64,000 bases of DNA from Rhina ancylostomus (lineage: Eukaryota): NCBI GenBank assembly GCA_030265395.1, contig JARFYF010000119.1:13518860-13582859 (forward strand). Reading direction: 5' to 3'. The first letter of the stretch is position 1. Every line of letters begins with the position of its first letter. The position numbers were made by a program, and so were the translations under genes. The notes under the pieces were generated by a model that was not told where the DNA came from, did not search any database, and saw only the letters and a list, made by a program, of their open reading frames with translations. Positions 12,521-25,335 of this stretch are shown one piece after another.

Positions 12521-15500
12521 GGACTCCCCTTGCAGCCCAAAGAAGTCCAGTCTTGCTGGAATTCTGCAGCATCACATTACACTAGGAATCATCTCTTAGA
12601 TCCTGCACTAGGTCAATGGAGAAGATAGGGCAAAGATTTAGGAGGAAAAGGGGAAGGCAAATGACTCCTTTTGTTAATCATTTTGTATTACTTTAAAGTA
12701 CATTAATTGCTAATGTGCTTTACTAATTTAAATAGATCTACTTTTTAATTTGAACTTTTTACTTTAAATACAATTTTTTTTAAATATGTCAATGTGAGAG
12801 GGATTTTAAGATTATTTAAAAACTTACAACTTTTACAGCTGGCAATGGCCTGTCCCCACTTTACCAGTGCCCAAAGGCTGTGCAGGGTATTTCAGGAGCA
12901 AGGCTATAATGCTGCTGCCGCTGGACTCTGGGATGTGAAAGACTTTGTGGGCATGGGCAGACCGGCAGCAGCAATTCTAGTAGGGGAACCATGCCAATAT
13001 AATTTGGCCCTCTATTGTGAAAGCCTAGCATAATAATAGTTGTCAATCTGTTAGTAGATCACTGCATAATTTAGTAGAAGGTAAAGCCATTTAGAACAGT
13101 TTTGCTTTGGGATTGGGCCATTAACTATTTATATTGCATTTGTATAACATTACAGCATCATAATTTCATGCAAACTTTTGCTCTTTCATTTCATTCACCA
13201 AAAGTTTTACAACACAGATTTCAATATATCGCCCAGAAGGATGGTGGAAATAACTGCATACCTTAAAAAAAAACAAGGCTGTTGGAAAACAACATGAAAA
13301 TGGGATTAATTAAATAGCTTTTTCATCAAGCTGGAATGAGCACAATGGACCATATGGCCTCCACCTAAACTGTATGATACTCTATGATTGCCATAAATAT
13401 GCAAATGTTTAGATTTCATATTGTTCCGATTGAATAGTATTTTCGAAGACTCTTTTGTTTTTATTTTGTCTCAGAGATATGACTAATGTTGGCAAGGCAC
13501 ACTTATTACCCAACCCCAACTGCCCTCAGGTGGTGATGACGGGCATTATTCTTGAACCGCTGCTGTCTGATCAGCTATCTTGAAAAAGCTGCAACACAAA
13601 GAATGCCCGTTCACAACAAAATCAGTTACTTATATGTTAACCTATATGTTTGCGTTGGTTGCTTTAATTGTGCTCAGAGTTAATTGTGTTTATCCTTGGA
13701 ATCATCCAGAAAGATATGCTATCAGTGCAATCTAGTTTACCAACAGCATCTAAGCAATCAATATTGTCACATTATTTGACATATGGTGCTCTTGACCATG
13801 TTTTGTGTTCACCATTCGCACCTCTCTCACTCCTTCTGCTAAATTCTCTTCATGGAAACAAACCAATTAATTTTGTGCAGTCTTCATGTTAGGCTCAAGC
13901 CCTGAAAGGAATAGCTACACTGCTTGTAGTGAACCTAGAGGGACAGGGACAAAGGAAAATACATCATTTTACAGTCAAGCCCAAAAGTTTACTTGTCTCA
14001 ATGAAGACAAAGCTGTTTTCATATATTTCAAGTGCACCGGCATTCAGTCTATTGACATTTATTCTTCCAGTGTGATACTACAGGCAATGTGGGCAGCTGC
14101 AAAACAGAAGCTACAGCAGGAGGCAAGATGTAGCCTTATGGCATCAATCCAAAAATGTGATTCATACTTTGTGCAAAACAATTCTAAAGAATTGCTGTAA
14201 ATGATTATAAAGAATTGCTGATCCAGTTAAAAACAGCTTTTTTTTCTCCTGTCTCTTCTCTTGTCTCTTGACCCTAATTTACAAAGACACTGTCTGCATA
14301 AGATGTATACATGTAAGAAACAGTATAGGAACCATATGGACTAAGTCAACATCCATTTTGTGAAAGTCCATTTAATTGATAGTTCAAGTTGCCATTCTGT
14401 TCAAGGGAGGTGTTTTACAGCAGAAAATTTTAATGGTTCTAAATGCTTGACTTTTCTTTATCACAATTTCAAAAACTGAAAGTTCTGGTACTGATCTTGG
14501 TTTCAAGTGATTGGGTTTATTTTTCTTGGCAAATTATTGAAAATGTTTTATGTGTCCTGAATTGAATAAATAATCTGTTGCACATCAGGTACTCACATCC
14601 TAGGAATGAAATATAACCAGGTGGCCTACTGTTATATCACAGAACTGGTGACAAGTAGCAGGAGACAGAAAACAAAACTGAGTGAATAACTTCTGAAATG
14701 TTTATTCATAACTGAATAGAAAAAGTGGAGCATTTCGCTTCTAAATGTGTTTTTCTATTTTGTAGTTCACCTGCATTTTCCCATGTGAAAAGTACTATTT
14801 AATTGCAATCATTTCAATGGATAGTACAGTAACAAAATTGACGAACAATATTACAATTAAAATTTTAATTGTCAAATGCAATACATGACATGACACCAGG
14901 ACAAATAAATCTGTTCAGGTTTAATCTCTAATGCATGAGGGCAGAGTTGATTTCAGTAATGACACTAGATGTTATTAGTCTCTCTACTCTGAACTAGTGC
15001 AGGTAGGTGAAAATGACCACTGCAGAGATGGTGTTCAATATTCTTTGCTGAATCTGGTTTAGACAAAACCAAAAACAGAACAAGACTTGTTGGAGTTACC
15101 CATGGTCAAATACCCTCCCAGCACAAAGTCAAGGTGCAGAACACATACACCAAGAAAAGCCACTTGGATGATGTATATATTGCAAAATTAAAAACTCCCT
15201 GGAGGTGCAAGTGCAGTAAATGGGACAGGTGACTGAAGAATGCCAGCCAAAGTTAGAGTATTAATTTTAATAATAACAACAGTTGGATTTAACATTGTAG
15301 ACTAAATAATCATAAGCACTCTTTCTCAAGCCACATATGGTATATTTAAGCCTTGCTCACTATCAAATCTACACACCACCCTTGACCTCAAGCTGTATTC
15401 AGAAATCATAATCATTTTTTTTCCCATGTCAGCTGTGAACTTTGGGTGTAGATGTGTGTTGTGGGCTGATGTCCATTGGGAATTGAGATACTGCTTGATA

Positions 15501-17307
15501 TGTCTCTTAAGAGCTTTAACAGCTGTTAGGCTGGAGACTTTCACTTCATCTGTCTGAGCTGCATTTGAATTAAACCCAGGTCTCAGAGGTGAATATATAG
15601 TGCTCTCCAGTTCCTTGGATATCCTAGCTGAATTTTCATATCGCACGATCATTTCAAATAAAATTGTAGAAAATAAACATGTATCAAACAAACATGTAGT
15701 AAAGTAAAATTATTAAACAATGGAAATATCTGACCCAGCCAAGTCACATGCCAGAGCAGCTCCTGTATAACTATTGTTCACAATGCAGTGACAAATATGT
15801 TTAAAAAAAAAGAGAACATATTAGAATCTTTCCAAGTGCAGTGCAATTTAACAATCAGCACAAACAAGATTTGATAATAGTATCAATAGAAAGATATTTA
15901 TCTCTAATTACATAATGGTTTAGATTTTGAAATAATATTGATGGCAAAATCTATCAATGTTCACCATCATCTCACCATGGGAATGATGGTAAAACTGGGA
16001 TTTCTCTGCAGAATTTAACCCAGAAATCCTAAACATACACTTAACCCTCTTCACAGATTGACATCATATTCAATGCAGTCAAAGAAAACCGCTTGAGTTC
16101 ACATGAACTTATGATACTTACAAACAATTTCCATTACAAGATATGCTGGAAATGTTGTGTTTTTCTACTTTAAGTCCAAGTGAGATTTGATGGTGCAATA
16201 GGTAATAATCAATTCTAAACAATCTGGCACAAAAAAAAATTTATATTTGATTATAATTTACTCAAAAATACTTTGCAACATCTGGAAAAAAAACCACAAT
16301 TTCTATCTTAGTAATATAATATGTTCCAAATTTTATTTATCTCTATTCAATAGATGTACCCTACTGGTTTACAGACTGAGAAATCCTTATTCTGATTGGC
16401 TATGCATCTAGCTTAATGACAAGCTTTTTAACTGACCTCAAGAAAGGAGGTGTCCACACTACAGAAATTTTGTGAATATTTTTGTGAACAGTTTTCTTTC
16501 CTAAGGTCAGAGGTGAATGAAGCTGCCTTGTTGCTGACCCCAAAATCTTGACCACTGGCCATGTGAAATGTCTGTGTGTGTGGAATACATAATTGAATAG
16601 ATCTTGCCCTCAAACTGAACAGTCTGGTGCAGTAATGTCTGATTCTACCAATCTGGACAGTTCTATTTGTATTACTCAAGCAAAGTAATATGCTTGGCCT
16701 TAGGGTATGCCAAATAATATTAAAAGTAAGTTTTTCTATTAAAAACAGCCCTCAAGTATTTATAGACTCATTCAATTACTACTGGGCTCTCACAATTTTC
16801 TGTGTTCATACAAACCTGAAAAAACTCTTAAAATTATTGGACTGAGTGAATTGTGCAAAAGTATTATACACTGCTTATTTGAATGATTCAGTTGACAACT
16901 CAGTACAAGATGATGTAATAGCTTCATCCAAAGCTTTGTTCAAATTTTTCAAAATATTGTGTTAGCACTCAAAGTGACCAATTGGTTCCAGTATGACAAC
17001 CAAAGAAACACGTGTCATGCTTACCACGATATTGGCAACAGTGATATTACACGCAATATTAAAGCCATGGGAAGGATCCAAAATTGACAGAAAATGTTAA
17101 TCACAATTCAATGCTGCTTAGATGCCAATGGCATTACATTAAAAATCCACACTCCAGTTAACATCTTTTTAATCTTGCACCGTTTATTAGGGAAGTGGTC
17201 AAATCCGGGGAAGTTGATGAGAATGTGGGATGAATAAAAAAAAGGGTTTAATGTCAGATTAATGTTGATGGCTGGCATTGACCCAGTGGGCCGAAGTGCC
17301 TGTTTAT

Positions 17308-18040
17308 AGAGTCACAGAGTCATACAATTTGGAAACAGGCCCTTCGGCCCAACTCATCCATGTCAGCTAAGATTTCTGCCTGAGCTGGTCCCATTCACCT
17401 GCATTTTGCTCATATCCCTCTAAACCTTTCCTATCCATTAACCTGTCCAAATGTCTTTTAAATGTTGTAATTGTACCCGCCTCTACCTCTTCCTCTGGAA
17501 GCTCATTCCATATACCCATCCCCCTCTGTATGAAAAACTTGCCACTCAAGTCCACCTTAAATCTTTCCCCTCTCACCTTAAACTATTCTCCTTTTTCACC
17601 ACCTTATCCACCTGCGTTGCCACATTCAGGGAACTATTTACTAGCATCCCTTGGTTTCTCTTTTTTACTACACATCCCAAAGCTGTCATTTACTGTGCAA
17701 GTCCTGCCCTGGTTTAATTTCCCAAAGTGCATCACTTCACATTTGTCAGAATTAAATTCCATCTGTCATTCCCTTGCCTACTTCATATCCTGTTATAACC
17801 TTAGACAACCTTCTTCAATGTCCACTACACCATCAATTTTGATGTCATCTGCAAACTTACTAATTATGCCACCTACATTTTCATCCAAATCATTAACATA
17901 TATGATAAACAACTGGAGACCCAGCACCAATCCCTGCCACCCAGCACTGGTCACAGGCCTCCAATGTAGCAAACAACTCTCCACTACCACCCTCTGACTC
18001 CTTCCACCAAGCCAATTTTCTGTCCAATTTGTTATATCAC
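17308..18040 (-). mobile_element. CR1 LINE with internal deletion
   Basis: ORF 17793..18095: WLGGRSQRVVV...LFIIYVNDLDENVGGIISKFADD. ORF 17367..17576: FFIQRGMGIWNELPEEEVEAGTITTFKRHLD. Tail agagtcacagagtcatac. Confidence 0.9.
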
Positions 18041-19005
18041 TCCACAAATCTGTATGTTCAGTCAAAGCAAGTACTGCCACTGTCATTCCATCCACTTAAA
18101 GGATCACCTATTACTTGAAAGATAGTTGCCAATTAATTTCTCATGACTCTTGCTACAATTCTACAAAAGATTTGGAACTTCCTAGACTTCCTTAAAGTTG
18201 CAACAATCTGAAGGGTGTGGTGTACTGGTGCTGAAAGCCTTTGTCTTGACTTCTGTATCAACCTGTTGCTCTTAAAATAGATAGATTAGTGGGCTTTTTC
18301 TCTAGATTCTAAATATTTGAGGTCACAGTAATGAAACCAATGGAACCCTATTTGCTATTGCACATGATCCTGAAAATGTCCCATTTATTCTTATTCTGTT
18401 TTTGTTCATTAGTCAATCCACGCTAATATTTATCCCCAAAACAATGAGTTCTTAAATTCTGCAGTGACCTTTTATGGCACATTATGATATACCTATTGAA
18501 AATCCAAGTGCACTGTGTCTAATAGGTGCATCAATGAACTCTGATGACATAGTCAATCAATTTTTTCCATAAAACCATGCTGACTCTATTTATTTGTATT
18601 AACAATGGCACTGACAGAACACCAATGCTAATGATATTACCGTAGGGGAGAACCACAGATTCACACTTCTTGGCCTGATCGATTGAAGAAAATAGTTGGA
18701 GCAGTTACTATTTATTCACAATGCAAGTTAAGCAGCAAGTTGAAATGTTGTGGATTATATTGTTTTATAGTTATCAACAAGTAAAAGTCTGCATATTATG
18801 GAATTCTGAAATAAAATTAGAAGGTATTAGAAATGCTTAGCAGGTCATAAAGCATCTATAGAGAGAAGCAAAATTAATATTTCAGGTAATGACCTTTCAT
18901 TGGAAATGCTAATGGAGTTGGCTACCACCAACTGTGCAAACAACTGTGCAGACCTTCTGGCACACCTATCAAAAGGCCAAGCATTTTGATACCCATTAGC
19001 CTTAC

Positions 19006-19182
19006 TCTGTAGGGTATTCCATCAAGTTCCTGACTGAGTCCATTACAGTAGAACATCAAATGAGCTGGCATCTAAGCTGCTCTTCTATCCTGGCTGCAGA
19101 TCATTCATGCCCAGTGATCTACAATGCGGACTTCCTGCCTTCATGTCCACTTCTAAATTACATAAAATGTCTGCAACTGAAC
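19006..19182 (-). pseudogene. Candidate ZFPM exon 2 remnant (177 nt, three in-frame stops)
   Basis: Acceptor ccttttgccttttactcgcag| and donor AGA|GTAAGG; 177 nt, phase 1-1 if joined to exon 1. Joined, it reads ...QIK-RSVADI, against FOG1 QIK-RSLGDM. TAG follows after 32 codons. An alternate frame gives AHLMFYCNG. Confidence 0.45.
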
Positions 19183-20339
19183 CTGCGAGTAAAAGGCAAA
19201 AGGCTGAAGCTATGGTAAGTGATATAAAATTATACCGGCTACAACTTGTAAATGAGAAGAGATTCTGGAATGTGCAAGAAGAGGAGGCGTGGTAAGTATC
19301 CAGCAATGCATTTGGACAATGGATTTCCCATGTGAATAACTAGTACCCCTTAGAAGCATTGAGGCATGGGTCTGAGGCTTGCAGCAGAGATGTTCATGAG
19401 GAGGAACAGAAGCAAATAAATATTAGCTATCTGTCCTGATTGATAAAAATTACTGGCAGGCAAGTGAAAATAGTATTGTGAAGAACTGAGCAGTCCCTAT
19501 AGTTTGTGATGCAGTTAATGGAAGATGACATTCAAAGACACAGTCAGAAATCTTGATCCTGCATGTGAGGTCACTCGATCTCCTATGGCACTGCATTTAG
19601 GTCCTTCAGTGTTGATTCCTGGCACTGAACTAAACAGCTTTCCTGTATGTAGCCAGGGGACTTTCTGAACCCCAAAGAAACAGGACATCTTTCCTCCTCT
19701 CCACCACACCCTAACTAGAGCACAAAAAATGTGGAATCTGTGTTCTTCTATGCTATCGTATTATTGAATATTTTGCAAATTAGCGCAAGTTGTAAAAGCC
19801 TCTAGGTGCCTGTAACAGCAATTATGCACCCAGGTGCTTTTAAGGTGCTCCCAGGCTTCTAGCATTAACTATTGCTGCCCAGTATTGTTAGCACTGATTT
19901 CACTCAGAAATCATAAGAAAGAATTAATTTGGTGTACTGCCTGTGTCAGGAAACAAAACAAGCGCAGATTAATTTTGGATCATGATACCTGTTCCCATTT
20001 TGAGGGAGTCCAATTTAAGCCTCTATTTATACTACAAGTCTTGGTTTGTTTCTTATGTACTAAACAAAAAGCAGCCACTAGATTTTTATTCAAACACTTC
20101 CATCTATAGTTGAGACAACATGAAAACCCCAATTAAAAAAAGCACTCAGCCCAGAAGATCTCAACAAGTTTAAATTTCTTAATTCTCTTTCTATAGTCTA
20201 GTTTCAAATTCTACAAAGATCAGTGGATATTTTAACTTCAGACTGTTCCCAACAAATGCAGAATTGTTTTCATCTGTCCTCAAAATGAAGATTCCAATAA
20301 TGGGAAAAGTGACACCACTTAAAATAATATTCTACGAGG

Positions 20340-20510
20340 AAGACACAAGAGACTGCAGATGCTGGAATCTGGAGCAACACAAAATCTGCTGTAAGAACTC
20401 AGCGAGTCAAGCAGCATCTGTGGGAGGAAAGCAATTGTTGATGTTTCAGGTCAAGACCCTGCATCAGGACTGAGATTGGAAAGGTGAGATGGCTTGTATA
20501 AAGGGGAGTA
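20340..20510 (-). mobile_element. Penelope-associated terminal repeat with hammerhead-like core
   Basis: gactgcagatgctggaatctggagcaac...gtttcaggtcaagaccctgcatcaggactg. Same unit as at 2345-2450, 33790-33870 and 53760-53890. Confidence 0.7.
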
Positions 20511-20864
20511 TTCTATGAAATTCAGACACATAAGGCACCTCAAGAAACCCAACTTTATCAAGTTAAGAAAAAAAAAGAGCTTTCAAATAAAAATTGGGCC
20601 CTTTCTAATGAGATTTAAATACACTTTTAAGGTCAACCCATTGAATCCTTTCAGAAATTATTGGTTAAGTCTTCAATATTTTTGAACACTGGAAATGTTT
20701 GACAAGTACAACTCCATAAAAACAAAATAAATTGCTCAATCAGAAGTATGTAAAGATTGTTATGCAAGGATGAGTAGTCACAGCAACAATCTAGTGAATC
20801 AAATACAGTCTAACCTCCAAATTAGGCAGATAATGAAGCCAGCAGAAAGCTCTCATGAGAGTGA

Positions 20865-21100
20865 GAAAAACACTGCTGGAGGAACTCAGCGTGTCGAGCT
20901 GCATCTGCAATGGGATAGGAATTGTCAACATTTCAGGTTGAGACCCTGCATTAGGATCACGTCAATGTGGGGCCTGATGCAGGGTCTCGACAGGAAAGGT
21001 TTACAATCCCTTTCTCCCCCACAGATGCTGTTCAACCTGCTGAGTTCCTCCAGCTGTTTGTTTTTTGCTCCAGATTCCAGCACCTGAAATCTCTTGTCTC
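20865..21100. repeat. Inverted dimer of the Penelope-associated terminal repeat
   Basis: Left arm ctgctggaggaactcagc...gagaccctgcattagg is the reverse complement of right arm cctgatgcagggtctc...gctgagttcctccagc; ~17-nt spacer. Confidence 0.8.
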
Positions 21101-21329
21101 CAGCTCTCATATCTTGGGCACAAGGTTCAAGTGATGGTTAAGTGCAGGGTTTCATTCAATATGACTGATGGTCTATCCACCCAAATGCATTAGGAATTAG
21201 GCAGTCAGCTAAATAATGGGTACAATTTCATGCCAATTTATAAGCCTTATTGAAAATGGAAAGAACTCAAGGATGGCTGTGGTCCCTGCTTTCAATATTG
21301 TTTAACTGCATGGAAAAAATCAGGACACT

Positions 21330-21710
21330 AGAGATCAGTAGACACAGATAAACAAATGTATGGAATCCAAGGGCAAGGAAGTCATGATGAACTTTTGTAA
21401 AACACTAGTTTGGCCACAACTGGAGTATCATATCTGGTTTTGGGCACCAAGCTTTCAAAGAAACGTAAAGGCTTTAGAAGGTGCAGAAGAGATTTAATAA
21501 AATGATATTAGGGATAAAAAAAATCTTTTGCTATGTGAATAAATTAGTGAAGCTACATTTGTTGCAAGGAATCCAATAGAAATATTTAAAATCATGAAGG
21601 GTGTAGACAAGGTAGGTGGAAAGGGCATGGGAAGATGAACTGGGAGTGAAACTAGCTGGAGTCGGTATTGACAGAGAAAGTCTCCTTCTGTGCTGTAATC
21701 ATTCTATAAT
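21330..21710 (+). mobile_element. CR1 3' fragment
   Basis: aaaacactagtttggccacaactggagtat (KTLVxPQLEY); gtgcagaagagattt (VQKRF). Confidence 0.7.
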
Positions 21711-21819
21711 TTTATGATTAAATCTCTGAAATAGAATAGATGAGGGAATTACAATAGATCAGGAATAAAATGTGGGTAGCAAACACAGTGAACATGAAAT
21801 TAATGGTGTTCACCAATGT

Positions 21820-23660
21820 CTTTCAGGGAAAGTGATTGCCTTCCTCAACTGATTTGGCCTCTGTGTGGCTCCTGACCACCAATAATATGGCTGAATCTCA
21901 ACCAATACCATAAATAGCCTTTCAAGTCACAAACCTGGAAAAGGATGCTGCATAAAACAATAGTAATAAAAGCAAACAGATCACCAGCAGCAACCTAGGC
22001 ATCAGAAAAAGCAAAGTCATATCACTCCTGCAGAGTCCTCTTCAGTAACACTTGGGGATAAATTAGGAGAGCTATCACACCAATTGTCCACTATCAATTT
22101 GAAAGAGTCACATTAATAGAACCATATGTACCAGACTTGCCCATCACCATCCCTGGTATGCTCTGTGCCATCAGCAAGACATGCCTGCAGGTAGTCCTGA
22201 GGGAATGGCCTTGGAGTCCTCAACACTGCCTCCAGATCTCAGGAAGTCTCAAGGCATCACGTCAAACACAGGCAGGGAACTGTTTAATTACACTGCTCTC
22301 ATTCAGCTTATGAGCCAATTTTCATATATACTGAAAACCACAAAATTATTTGTTTGGGCTCAGAATGTATTCCAGTTTGGTGGATAATCAGAGAATAATA
22401 TCATCAACTTCCTTAGCTGGCTTGCTACTGACTGGGCCCAGCATGATGAGAGATCAAACTCAGAGGGCAGTTGTTCTCAAACTCACCAATTTTCCTATCA
22501 CACATGAATTTGACCACAATGGGACTGGACAATCCACCTCGGCAGCCCCTGGGGTTCTCACCATCACCGAAGCCAGCCTTTAGCCAATCCAATAATTCCA
22601 CATGGTGTCAGGAAGTGGCTGAACGCTCCAGATACAACAAAGCATACAGATTCCACAAAATCCCAGATGTAAATGGAAAGAGTTTGCACATCTACCATAG
22701 CCATCACATCAGATCTACCAATATGGAAAATGGTTGAGTGTGTCCTGTGCAGAAGAAAAAAATAAGATAAAATCATCCAGACCACTTACCAACCAACCAT
22801 CCATCCATCCAGTCAGCAGCACAGCAATGATAAGTAACATCAATTGTGTTATCAAATGTCACTTAGCAAATTCTGGGTATGCATGGGCCACAAAACTCCA
22901 GATCCATAGCCTTGGTACAAACCCTGAATAGCAAATGTGAGGTGAAAGTGACATGCCTTGACTTCAAGGTACCATTTGACAAACTGTGGCAATAAGGAGT
23001 CATCGATTCACATCGACTAGATCCACTGAGTGGAGTCATTGTTGGCACAGAGAAAGGAGGACATGATTGACATGGAACATCATTGCAGGAATTCCTCAAT
23101 CTAGTGTCTTATACAGAACTACCTCAGCCTATGTCATCAAAGGTTTCAAATGAAGACAAAGTCTTATTTCCATTTAGCCCCTTGTGTCTAGCAGAGTGAC
23201 AAAATCTGTGGGAGGGCAGAGAGAAAAGCAGGGAGAATGGTGTAATTGGGTGTTTGATGAACACTGTACACAGGGGAGCAAAGGTCCCATTTCTGTGCTC
23301 TATAACTCTATGACTTTCTTGCCTAATGTCCTCCCTTGATATTCACTGGCAATTCCATCAATGAATCATTCACCATTAACATCCTGGAGTTTTCACTGAT
23401 GAAAAACATAATTGAAATAACCACAATTACCTCAGCTATAAGGGCAGATCAGAGGAGGATAGAAAGCCACCTCCCTGGTCCCCAGCACCTCTTTACTATT
23501 GCAAGATAAAAATTATTAGCGTGATGGAAATATTCTCCAACTTCATATATGAAGCAACATTAAAGAAACTTGACAAAATCCAGAACAATGCAGCCCAATG
23601 GTTTGGTAACATTATAGCTATAAAGATTCTTCCTCTCACTTCACATTCAGCACACTGGTA
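21820..23660 (+). mobile_element. Ancient CR1/L2-superfamily LINE remnant
   Basis: cttgacttcaaggtaccatttgacaaactgtggc (LDxKxxFDKLW); ggaattcctcaatctagtgtc (GxPQxSV); cttgacaaaatccagaacaatgcagcc (LDKIQNxAA). Related remnant at ~36350-37060. Confidence 0.55.
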
Positions 23661-24064
23661 CTTGTGATGCACCCCAGTTCCCCAAGGCCACATGAACAGA
23701 ACGCCCTACACAAATGGGGAGAAAGATTTCTTTGTACAACTGTTTTTGGTGTTAAGACAGTATTGGATATCTCTCACTGTCTGTTTTTAAAAGCTCCAAG
23801 AGCATCAAAATATACACTACATACATTAGGGTTCGGAAGAAAGTTGTGTTTTATTCAAAATTACATGTTCAATTTCTTGCAGAAACATTTCTGGATTAGT
23901 TATTTAATCAGCATTTGGTGAAGACTTCATCAACCCTTAAAAGCACACATGCACAACCCCACTGGCACTCTTTCAACTACTGGACTCTGCTAATTTCTTC
24001 AACCATTTACTGTATTTATGAAGGCAAGGAGAATACTCCCTGGTTTAGCGAAAGGGATCTGTAG

Positions 24065-24366
24065 AATAATGACACTCACCTGAGCCCCATTAGGGGCCTA
24101 GCATAAGTACCTGTGTTTCTCTGGCACTAGTTGCCGGAGTATTGGTCTACCTTTGGTTCCTAGTTGTTTAGGGTGGTTTACTCTAGAGCAGCCATGTGTT
24201 CTCTATTCCTTGTGAAGATCAAGTTTGTGTTGGGATTCCTCTTCTGATCTCTGAGGCAAGGTTCCTTCCAGTGGCTGCCTGCGTTTGTCCTGAGGAAGTA
24301 TCCTGACTCCAGTCTTGTATTGGTGTGCCACATTTGAGTTCTCAGAGTTTGCTCAACATTGTGACA
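24065..24366 (+). mobile_element. 5'-truncated LTR, same family as 49170-49422 and 51049 onward
   Basis: Ends ...caacattgtgaca. 24290-24366 is the reverse complement of 49170-49252. cacctgagccccat is shared with ~51145-51158. Confidence 0.7.
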
Positions 24367-24679
24367 TAGGGAGGAAAATGCAAAGAGCAAGGGGGCCATG
24401 CAGACACTCCAGCACTACCTGAAAATATACAAGGTTACCAGGGTAGTCTCCATTAGAAGCAACATTATCCATACTGATATAATGTCACAAAACACATAAT
24501 GATTTCACAACATTGGCCATAGCTGTGTCCTCAGAATTTAAAACTTCTTCATTACATCTATAGCTCTTGCCTCCAACCCCATTTACATTCTACTAATACC
24601 ATTCATTGCAACATACTCATACTCTAATTCACCTGCCAAATGCTTCTGCTTTCTTTCTTTCATATCTCCCTTTTAGAGA

Positions 24680-25335
24680 ATGAGAGAACATACACCAGTC
24701 CTCATTGAGGGGTCAGTGGTAGAAAGGGTGAGTAGCTTCAAGTTTCTGGGCACCAACATCTCAGAGGAACTATCCTGGGCCCAACACATTGATGCAATCA
24801 TGAAGAAGGCCCACTAGCAGCTTTACTTTGTTAGGAGTTTGAGGAGATTAGGTATGTCACCAAGGAATCTTACAAATTTCTATAGATGAACAGTGTAGTG
24901 CATTCTGACTGGTTGCATCACAGCCTGGTACAGAGCTTCCAATGCACAGGATCACAAGAGGCTGTAGAGGGTTATAGACTCAGCCAGCTCCATTCACAGG
25001 CACAGTCCTCCCCACCACTGAGAACATCTCAAGAAGGCAGCATCTATCATTAAGGACCCTCACCATTCGGGACATGCCCTCTTCTCATTACAACCATCAG
25101 GGAGGAGGTACAGGAGCCTGAAGACCCACACTCAACAATTCAGGAACAGCTTCTTCACCTCCACTATCAAATTACTGAATGATCCATGAACCCTGAACCC
25201 ATGAACACTACCTCATTATTCCTTTTTTTCTTGCACTATTTCTGTAATTTATAGATTTTTGTCTTTGCACTGCACTGCTGGTGCAAAACAACAACTTTCA
25301 TGTCATATGTCAGTAATGATAAAGCTAATAAAATG
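24680..25335 (+). mobile_element. Rex1/Babar LINE 3' end
   Basis: Translates VERVSSFKFLGTNISEELSWAQHIDAIMKKAH*QLYFVRSLRRLGMS, then HPGHALF and PSGRRYRS-like motifs and a tail ending aataaa. Confidence 0.85.

Noticed and set aside
13256-13280. Poly-T then AAG|GTATGC, resembling a recursive splice site
   Set aside because: AAG acceptor is weak, poly-A/T runs are common, and it sits beside a CR1 tail remnant.
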